64,000 nt of DNA from Nitrospira japonica (GTDB lineage: Bacteria; Nitrospirota; Thermodesulfovibrionia; Thermodesulfovibrionales; SM23-35): the NCBI GenBank assembly GCA_020725385.1, contig DYFC01000034.1, positions 1-64,000 of the forward strand, in the 5' to 3' direction. The notes below the pieces were generated by a model, which saw only the letters and a list, made by a program, of their open reading frames with translations, was not told the origin of the DNA and made no database searches. Each line of letters opens with the position of its first letter. Positions within the stretch are counted from its first letter, which is position 1. Made by a program: the position numbers and the translations under genes. This document shows, piece after piece, positions 17,760 to 25,420 of this stretch.

Positions 17760-20654
17760 ATGAATAAAAAAACAATAATTGCAATTTTACTTCTTTCAAT
17801 ATTTTTATTTAATTGTGGAGGAGGAGGCTCGGGCGGGTCAAGTTCACCGGCTGGCGAGAAACCCGGAGTTCCCGAGATTGTTCAGGTTTTACCATCACAT
17901 TATATCGCTCTGACAAATTCTGCAATAATCATAAGGGCAAAGATATTGAACGGAAACGGCGGTCCTGTTAGAAATTATCCAGTCACTTTTACTAATCTGT
18001 CCCCTATTGGAACTCTTATAAATGAAAATGATGTTCCTGTAGGAAATAAAACAGTTGTAAAAACAAACAATAGCGGTCTTGCCACAATAAAAGTAAAGTC
18101 AACCATAACAGGTTTTGCGACAATAATGGCTGAGGTTGCAAAGGGTGTGGGAATCGTAAGGGATAAAAAGACAGTATATTTCAGTTCAACTCTCGCATCA
18201 CAGCCTTTCATGTATCTTGATGCAGATGCTGACAGCGATGGAACTTATAACGAGCCCTCTGATTACACATTGTTTGAAGGCGGGAATGCTTCAGACAATC
18301 AGGTCTTAATGAGAGCAACTGTTTTCAATAAATTCGGACAGCGTGTATATGGAGCTACCGTTAAGTTCGGATCAGACTATCCATATAAAGAAGGTTCATC
18401 AACAACATGTAGTGATGGAACAACTACATGCTATGTAACTTTCCCCAATGGCACTACAGCTACAACCGATTCGAACGGACAGGCTTATGTTTTGGTGCAG
18501 GTTGACCCTGTATTGAGAAATCTGATAACTGTCTTAAACATTACAGCAGTGGCAGACACAAACGGTGACGGATACGCTGATGCAGGCGGAGTTTATTCAT
18601 TATATCTTTTGCCAATAACCTTGAATTCAATCACAGTTACAGCAAGTCCGGATATAGTTGCTCCTAATGCTAAATCAACTATATCAGCGGCAGTAAAATT
18701 AAACACAGGAGGTCCTGCGCCTGATGGAACAGCTGTTGGTTTTGTAGCTGACTGTGGTTCGGTAGAGCCATTTGCTCTCACATCAACAGGGCTTGCAAAA
18801 GCAGAATTTGTTGCGCCATCAGCACCACCTTCATCAGGAACCTGCCGTGTAACAGCAACAGTTGATGGCTTAAGCAATTTTGTTGATATTACAATTTCAT
18901 CCGATCTTGTTGTTGTGCCTGATGCGCAGGTAATAAGCGGGGCATCAGGCGGAACAGTTTCATATGTAATATCAGGAGGAGTAAGACCATATACTGTAAC
19001 CTCATCAAATCGCTTTGTCGCGTGTAATAGCGAGGATACTGATTGCTCCGATGCAGAGGATTCTGGCACATGGAATATATCAACTCCTGATGGAAGCGGA
19101 AACTATATATTTACAGCAACTGTACCGCCAAACACACCTTCACAATCTGTTACATTTACAGTTATGGATGCAGTAGGCAAGACAAAAACCGCAACACTTA
19201 CAATCAATGTTGCTGCATTAACAGTTCAACCCGGAACAGTAACAATTGATGGCACAGCAGGTGGAATTGTAACCTTTACAATCTATGGCGGAGTTCCGCC
19301 ATATGATATATTTGCAAACATTGCAGACCCTGTCTTTGCTCCTAACCCTGCGCAGGTTACATCAAGCGGAAGTGCCTTCACTGTTACAGTTCCTGCAAAT
19401 ACAACTGCTAAAACGATTATATATACTGTTAGGGATGCAAATGGCGCAACAACAACAGGAACTTTGACAATATCAGCAGTAGCGCCTCCGGGATTGTTAA
19501 TAATCCCTGCAAGTCAGAGTGTTGTAGCTCCAAATACTGCAAGCTTCTCTGTTTCAGGCGGGACTGCGCCATATGTTATAACCTCTACAGATCCATCGAG
19601 TGCCTGTAATTCAACAGATGCAGACTGTTCTGATGCAGGTGATACAGGTATCTGGAATCTTGCATCAGCAGGCTCATTCACTGTTACTGTACCTACAAAT
19701 GCTGTTGCAGGAAATGTAACATTGAATGTATTCGATTCTGTAGGTGCTACAAAGAGCGCAACGTTAACTATTATTTCTGGTGGTGCTGCGTCTGCTTTAA
19801 CAATTAATCCAGCAAGTATTTCTGTAACAGGGTTAGGTCCAGATGATCCTTCTGATACTGATAAAGATGATGTTACATTTATAATTTCAGGCGGTAGCGG
19901 TTCTTATACAGTTTTCTCGTCAAATACAGCAATAGCTAAAATTAAAACTACAGGAACAAGTTCATTTACAGTTGACCCACAGCCAGTTGCCGCTACAACA
20001 GCAGCTACTTTAACAGTTGTTGATTCACTTGGTGCAAGTAAGACAGCAACAATTACTGTGACTCCATTGTCTTCGTCAATGGCTATTAACCCGAGCACAC
20101 TTGCAGTTACATCGGGTACTAATAATATTGGCTTTAACATTATAGGTGGGGTGGCTCCTTATACTGTATATTCAAGCAATACATCAGTTATTGTTTTAGA
20201 TGGCGGAGGTGGCACAGGACCATGGACAATATCTGGTAATTCTTTTACTGCTGATGCTGCGGGTGCTGGTAATGCAGTAATAACTGTTGTTGATAGTGAT
20301 GGAAAAACAGTTACTTCAAATATAACAGTGACACCTTCTGCTCAAGATTTTACACTAACGTGTGTTCCTAATGCACTTAGTATTGCTATTGGAAGTAGTG
20401 ATGTTAGTACTTGTACTGTGACTTCTTTAAATGGATTTATAAACAATGTTAATTTGAGTTGTGATGGATTACCTACTGGTGTTAGTTGTAGTTTTAGTCC
20501 TGCAATTATTGCACCTCCTCCTGCTGGTTCTTCTGATAGTAGTCTAACGATTACTATTGGTTTAGCTGCCTCTTCTGGTGTATATAATTTCAATGTTGTT
20601 GGAACAAGTGGTAGTCTTTCACATGTACAAACAATTAACTTGACAATCCCTTAA
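17760..20654 (+). CDS. Large Ig-like repeat surface lipoprotein (adhesin/invasin-like)
   Basis: Lipobox LFNC+GGGGSGG, repeated beta-rich modules (I.GG..PY.V...V.D..G), DxDxDG motifs. Confidence 0.8.
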   Translation: MNKKTIIAILLLSIFLFNCGGGGSGGSSSPAGEKPGVPEIVQVLPSHYIALTNSAIIIRAKILNGNGGPVRNYPVTFTNLSPIGTLINENDVPVGNKTVVKTNNSGLATIKVKSTITGFATIMAEVAKGVGIVRDKKTVYFSSTLASQPFMYLDADADSDGTYNEPSDYTLFEGGNASDNQVLMRATVFNKFGQRVYGATVKFGSDYPYKEGSSTTCSDGTTTCYVTFPNGTTATTDSNGQAYVLVQVDPVLRNLITVLNITAVADTNGDGYADAGGVYSLYLLPITLNSITVTASPDIVAPNAKSTISAAVKLNTGGPAPDGTAVGFVADCGSVEPFALTSTGLAKAEFVAPSAPPSSGTCRVTATVDGLSNFVDITISSDLVVVPDAQVISGASGGTVSYVISGGVRPYTVTSSNRFVACNSEDTDCSDAEDSGTWNISTPDGSGNYIFTATVPPNTPSQSVTFTVMDAVGKTKTATLTINVAALTVQPGTVTIDGTAGGIVTFTIYGGVPPYDIFANIADPVFAPNPAQVTSSGSAFTVTVPANTTAKTIIYTVRDANGATTTGTLTISAVAPPGLLIIPASQSVVAPNTASFSVSGGTAPYVITSTDPSSACNSTDADCSDAGDTGIWNLASAGSFTVTVPTNAVAGNVTLNVFDSVGATKSATLTIISGGAASALTINPASISVTGLGPDDPSDTDKDDVTFIISGGSGSYTVFSSNTAIAKIKTTGTSSFTVDPQPVAATTAATLTVVDSLGASKTATITVTPLSSSMAINPSTLAVTSGTNNIGFNIIGGVAPYTVYSSNTSVIVLDGGGGTGPWTISGNSFTADAAGAGNAVITVVDSDGKTVTSNITVTPSAQDFTLTCVPNALSIAIGSSDVSTCTVTSLNGFINNVNLSCDGLPTGVSCSFSPAIIAPPPAGSSDSSLTITIGLAASSGVYNFNVVGTSGSLSHVQTINLTIP

Positions 20655-20660
20655 TGAATA

Positions 20661-20683
20661 AGGGCGGGGAAGCCCGCCCTTTG
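20661..20683 (+). terminator. Probable intrinsic terminator
   Basis: AGGGCGGG-GAAG-CCCGCCCT then short T run just after the stop. Confidence 0.65.
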
Positions 20684-20699
20684 TATAAAACATTTGTTT

Positions 20700-20950
20700 T
20701 GTCATTCTCTGGCTTGACCAGAGAATCCAGAAGGCACGGAACTGGATTCCCGCTTTCGCGGGAATGACAAAATATAGGTGTGGATTCCTCAATCAAGTTG
20801 AGGAATGACGAATTGGATGTGACATCCATAAAAAATGGAATGACGTTTAAATGACTTGTCATTCCCGGGCTTGACCCGGGAATCCAGAATTTTCTGTCAT
20901 ACCACAATTCTCTGGTCAAGCCAGAGGGCATGCTTGATTGTGGTATCCAG
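20700..20950. repeat. Cluster of about five family-A REP-like palindromes
   Basis: Units at 20700-20730, 20742-20769, 20781-20809, 20857-20887, 20895-20950. Confidence 0.9.
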
Positions 20951-20963
20951 AGGGAAGAAAGGC

Positions 20964-21219
20964 ACAACCCCCTAACCCCCTTGACAAAGGGGGAATAGGT
21001 GTAGGGAATAACAAAGGGGGAAAGGCACAACCCCCTGACCCCCTTAACAAAGGGGGAAAGGCACAACCCCCTAACCCCCTTGACAAAGGGGGAAAAGGGT
21101 AGTGGTTAACAAAGGGGGAATAGGTTGTGGAGAAGGGGTTACCTTATAAATTCCCCCTTAAAAAAAAGGAGGTTACCTTATTATATTCCCCCTTAGAAAA
21201 GGGGGATGAAGGGGGTTGT
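20964..21219. mobile_element. Family-B element with expanded left array
   Basis: Hairpin units at 20964, 21027, 21063; inverted right arm ends at 21219. Confidence 0.75.
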
Positions 21220-21221
21220 TT

Positions 21222-21692
21222 ATGAAGCTTTATTACAACCCAAAACTAAAATCTCTTTCAAGAGAACTAAGAAAAAAAGGGGTTCTTTCAGAAGCATTAT
21301 TATGGAACTACTTAAAAGGCAGAAAATTGAGAGGCTATTTATTTACAAGACAAAAACCTATTGGAAATTATATAGTAGATTTTTTTTGTAGCAAACTCAA
21401 ATTAGTTATAGAGATTGACGGGGTAAGTCATGACGGTAGATACGACTATGATGAAGAAAGAGAAAAGTATCTCAAATCATTGGGATTAAAAATATTAAGG
21501 TTTAACGATACTGATGTTAAAAAAGATATAAGAAATGTATTAATAGGTATTGAAGGTTGGATTGAAAGAAAGGAAAAGGGAGTAAACAACCCCCTGACCC
21601 CCTTAACAAAGGGGGAAAGGCACAACCCCCTGACCCCCTTAACAAAGGGGGAAAGGCACAACCCCCTGACCCCCTTAACAAAGGGGGAATAG
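21222..21692 (+). CDS. DUF559 / Vsr-like PD-(D/E)xK endonuclease domain protein
   Basis: SEALLW, RQKPIGNYIVDFFC, VIEIDG.SH, LG..ILRF motifs; C-terminus is NPLTPLTKGE x3. Confidence 0.88.
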   Translation: MKLYYNPKLKSLSRELRKKGVLSEALLWNYLKGRKLRGYLFTRQKPIGNYIVDFFCSKLKLVIEIDGVSHDGRYDYDEEREKYLKSLGLKILRFNDTDVKKDIRNVLIGIEGWIERKEKGVNNPLTPLTKGERHNPLTPLTKGERHNPLTPLTKGE

Positions 21693-21763
21693 GGTAGTGG
21701 TTAACAAAGGGGGAATAGGTGTTGACAAAGGGTATGCCATTATGAATTCCCCCTTTGTTAAGG
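21586..21763. repeat. Family-B array: three tandem 36-bp units plus partial inverted arm
   Basis: ACAACCCCCTGACCCCCTTAACAAAGGGGGAA at 21586, 21622, 21658; TTCCCCCTTTGTTAAGG at 21747-21763. Confidence 0.9.
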
Positions 21764-21810
21764 TGAAATAGCAACATATGAATTTACTTTACTTATAAAG
21801 GAGTGGAGCC

Positions 21811-23787
21811 ATGAAAAAATATTTCTGCGTTTTTATATGCCTATTCATCGTATTATCAGGCATTCAAGCCTTTGCAGGCAATTCTTCAGAAAATGTAACC
21901 ATAACCAAACCTAAAATAACTGTGGATTCAATTCTTGGAGAATTAAACAAAGGCAAATATGTTCAGGGTGAACTCCTTGTTAAATTCAAATCAGGCGCTT
22001 CGAAACAAACGTCTCAGGCAATTCATCAGTCATTAGGCGCAAAACTAATTAAAAAGTCAGCTATACTTGAAAATGTTGAACGTGTAAAGCTTCCCTCTGG
22101 TTTATCTATAAAAGATGCAATTATTCAATATATGTCAAATCCAGATGTTGAGTATGCATCTCCTATTTTCATCAGAAAAGCTTCTGGAATCAGCAAACTC
22201 ATGCCCGATGATCAGTTCTTCAGGGACCAATGGGCTTTAAGGAATACCGGGAAATATGCATATGGAACAAAAGGTGCTGATATTGATGCAACATATGCAT
22301 GGCGTGTTTCAACCGGAAATTATGGAATAGTAGTAGCTGTTATCGACACCGGTATTGATTATACCCATCCTGACCTTGCTTCTAATTTATGGAGAAATAA
22401 TGCAGAATGTAATGGTACAGCAGGTGTTGATGATGATGGCAATGGTTTTATTGATGACTGCACAGGATGGAATTTTGTAACATGCGAGGAATGGGGTGAT
22501 TCGGGGTGTCTTTATCCAACGACCGGAAATAATGACCCTATGGATTATTACGGTCATGGAACACATGTGGCAGGAATTATTGGAGCAATCGGAAACAATG
22601 GTGTAGGCGTGACAGGGGTGATGTGGAGAGCCCGAATAATGCCTGTAAGGGTCTTAAATCAATATGGTGAAGGTGATGATTCAGATATAGCAGAAGGTAT
22701 TAAATATGCTGTTGACAATGGAGCAAAAGTTATAAATGCGAGTCTTGGCGGCTACGGGACAAGTCCTGTTCTGGAAGATGCAATGAATTATGCGTATTCA
22801 CACGGCGTTCTTTTTGTTGCAGCAGCGGGGAACGAGTCAAATAATAATGATATAAATCCTTTCTATCCGGCAAGCTATTCATATGCAAATATAATTTCAG
22901 TGGCTGCAACAGATCAGGATGACCTTAGGGTTCAATTTAGCAATTTTGGTTATAGCTCTGTTGATGTTGGAGCTCCGGGTGTTTATATCATAAGCACCGT
23001 GCCAACATGGTGGGCTGATTATTATGGTTATGGTTATCTTGAGCATTTTGCAGGAACTTCAATGGCAGCGCCTCATGTTAGCGGTCTTGCAGGGCTTTTA
23101 TATTCATACTACGTTAATTTTGACTATAGTCAAATAAAGAATATGATTATGAGTTATGTAGATGTACTTCCATCGTTGGATGGCTGGGTTTTTTCAAGAG
23201 GAAGAATAAATGCATTCAGCTCAATGTCTGCCTTATGGGAGCCTTTTGATCTTAAATTGAAAATAAAAGGTTCATATGTTGAGCTTAAATGGACTGATGT
23301 TGCGCATGCCGAGCAATATACGCTTGTTGAACGTAAGACAGAAGGCGGAACATATGTTACACTTGCGACATTAGGCGCAAATGTAAATTCATATACAGAC
23401 ACTTATGGAATATCTGAAGGTGTTAAATATACATATCGCATTAGACTTAAAAATCAGATCGGCGAAACACCGGGACATCCTGATAATGAACGCTCTATTT
23501 CAACCGGTTTGATTGCGCCATCAGGGCTTAGAGCAACTGCACTGTCTAAATCAAAAGTAAAACTAACGTGGTTTGATGGTTCGGGTTCTGAAAAAGGCTT
23601 TAAAATATACAGGCACAATGGAACAGGTTCTTATATACATATAAAAACAGTTGGCAAAAATGTAACTTCATATACTGATAAGAAACTTGCCACAGGAACA
23701 AAGTACTGGTATCAGGTAAAAGCGTATAATGACTCGGGAGATTCTGATCCGTCAAATGAGGCAGAAGTTACAACCTCAGCCAAGTAA
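21811..23787 (+). CDS. Secreted S8 subtilisin-like serine protease with C-terminal FN3 domains
   Basis: Signal peptide, VAVIDTG, HGTHVAG, GTSMAAP catalytic triad motifs. Confidence 0.93.
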   Translation: MKKYFCVFICLFIVLSGIQAFAGNSSENVTITKPKITVDSILGELNKGKYVQGELLVKFKSGASKQTSQAIHQSLGAKLIKKSAILENVERVKLPSGLSIKDAIIQYMSNPDVEYASPIFIRKASGISKLMPDDQFFRDQWALRNTGKYAYGTKGADIDATYAWRVSTGNYGIVVAVIDTGIDYTHPDLASNLWRNNAECNGTAGVDDDGNGFIDDCTGWNFVTCEEWGDSGCLYPTTGNNDPMDYYGHGTHVAGIIGAIGNNGVGVTGVMWRARIMPVRVLNQYGEGDDSDIAEGIKYAVDNGAKVINASLGGYGTSPVLEDAMNYAYSHGVLFVAAAGNESNNNDINPFYPASYSYANIISVAATDQDDLRVQFSNFGYSSVDVGAPGVYIISTVPTWWADYYGYGYLEHFAGTSMAAPHVSGLAGLLYSYYVNFDYSQIKNMIMSYVDVLPSLDGWVFSRGRINAFSSMSALWEPFDLKLKIKGSYVELKWTDVAHAEQYTLVERKTEGGTYVTLATLGANVNSYTDTYGISEGVKYTYRIRLKNQIGETPGHPDNERSISTGLIAPSGLRATALSKSKVKLTWFDGSGSEKGFKIYRHNGTGSYIHIKTVGKNVTSYTDKKLATGTKYWYQVKAYNDSGDSDPSNEAEVTTSAK

Positions 23788-23842
23788 CGTAATTTACTTA
23801 TTAGTTTGTCATTCTCTGGCTCGACCAGAAGAGAAGGGTGTG

Positions 23843-24135
23843 ACAACCCCCTAGCCCCCTTGACAAAGGGGGAAAGGCACAACCCCCTAACCCCCTTAAC
23901 AAAGGGGGAAAAGCACAACCCCCTAACCCCCTTGACAAAGGGGGAATAGGGTAGTGGTTAACAAAGAGGGAATAGGTGTAGGGAATAACAAAGGGGGAAT
24001 AGGGTGCATGAAAAGGGAATGCCATTATAAATTCCCCCTTAAAAAAAAGGGGGTTACCTTATTATATTCCCCCTTAAAAAAAAGGGGGTTACCTTATTAT
24101 ATTCCCCCTTAGAAAAGGGGGATGAAGGGGGTTGT
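23843..24135. mobile_element. Family-B element with both arms expanded
   Basis: 36-bp units at 23843, 23879, 23915; 35-bp tandem units at 24031 and 24066; right arm ends GTTGT 24135. Confidence 0.75.
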
Positions 24136-24153
24136 AAAAGCCTTTAAAATTTT

Positions 24154-24271
24154 GTTGTTCTCGGGTCCTCTGGTTCCACCAAACAAATGGCGGACAAGCA
24201 AGTCAAAGGGCGTGCTTGATTGTGGTATCCAGAAACCTTGAAACTGGATTCCCGCTTTCGCGGGAATGACA
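24154..24271. repeat. Family-A REP pair, left unit carrying nested insertions
   Basis: 24154-24232 composite unit and 24244-24271 CTGGATTCCCGCTTTCGCGGGAATGACA. Confidence 0.8.
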
Positions 24272-24305
24272 GAAAAAATTTCGAATAACAAAAATGGTTT
24301 TAAGT

Positions 24306-24824
24306 CTATTTTTTAAGTTTTGCTATCAAATCCCTTACCTTTGAAGCATCCGGCGCATTAGGTGAAATTGCAAGATATTGCTCGAATTCTTTTACTGCTT
24401 CGGATTTTTGTTTGAGATCAAAAGCCAGAACTACTCCAAGATTTCTATGGGCATTTGCATGATTGGGATTGATTGAAATGGCTTTTCTATATTCTTCAGC
24501 AGCTTTATCCGGTTTTCCGATGCTTCTGTAACATGTTCCCATATCAACCCTTACATCAACATTATTGGGGTCTATTTCAAGGGCTCTGCTATAGGCATCA
24601 ATAGCATCGGCAAAACGATGTGTATCCATATAAATATTTCCAAGTTCAATTTGTGCATTTACATCTTTGGGATTCTGTCTTATTGATTCTTTAAGTTGAA
24701 AAATCTTATTTTCCAGGACCGGAGAGGTTGAAGGAACTTGAGAATAGGTTTTTGTATCTTCTTTTTTCTTACAGCCAGTCACTATTAGAAATGAAATAAA
24801 AAATATTATTAAAAATTTTTTCAT
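24306..24824 (-). CDS. TPR-repeat lipoprotein
   Basis: Lipobox VTGC; repeated LG..Y...A...Y..AL.I.P TPR motifs. Confidence 0.9.
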   Translation of the reverse strand: MKKFLIIFFISFLIVTGCKKKEDTKTYSQVPSTSPVLENKIFQLKESIRQNPKDVNAQIELGNIYMDTHRFADAIDAYSRALEIDPNNVDVRVDMGTCYRSIGKPDKAAEEYRKAISINPNHANAHRNLGVVLAFDLKQKSEAVKEFEQYLAISPNAPDASKVRDLIAKLKK

Positions 24825-24976
24825 AGCACTCTCCTCACTTGTTAAAAATTTTATTATTTTACCTCAAATAATAAGATTATTGCATAACATCCTATATCCG
24901 CAGAACCTTAACCCGATTGAGATTTGGTCTTGACAAATAGATTTAGATTTGATATTAAAAAGGAAAGGGGCGGGAG

Positions 24977-25294
24977 ATGTTTAAGTATGAGGAGACGACC
25001 TATTTGGAAAAGAGGTTTATCGAACAGAGAAAGCATCTGCGTTATCCCTTTAACTATGCAATAAAATATACTATTGCACCGATATTGGATGAAAATTATT
25101 CAACAGGAATAATATCAAATATCAGTAGTTCCGGAATGTGTCTTTATACTTCCTGTGCCCTTGTTAAGGGTCAGGAAATAATTTTCAGGACGATCCTGCC
25201 AACTTTTTACAAAAAGGCAATAGTGCGTTGGTGTGAAAACACAGATAGAAATTTCTGGAAATCCGGCCTGGAATTTATCCATAGTAATAATTAA
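24977..25294 (+). CDS. Stand-alone PilZ-domain protein
   Basis: QRKHLR (RxxxR) and NISSSG (D/NxSxxG), VRW, GLEF. Confidence 0.85.
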   Translation: MFKYEETTYLEKRFIEQRKHLRYPFNYAIKYTIAPILDENYSTGIISNISSSGMCLYTSCALVKGQEIIFRTILPTFYKKAIVRWCENTDRNFWKSGLEFIHSNN

Positions 25295-25420
25295 CCCAAA
25301 TTTAATTTGACAGCCGGCTAATAAATTACTATAATTCTTACATCAGATAAAATATTTTCTAATTTTCCATTTCAAATTATTAATAAAGACAATATTATTT
25401 TTTCAAGAAAGGAGGATTTT

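Noticed and set aside
20635-21066. ORFs over repeat blocks (also 16111-16347, 21446-21777, 23712-24291)
   Set aside because: Translations merely reflect the palindromic repeats; no domain signal
21586-21692. 36-bp direct repeats as a CRISPR array
   Set aside because: Units abut with no unique spacers, no cas genes are present, and the family also occurs as inverted arms
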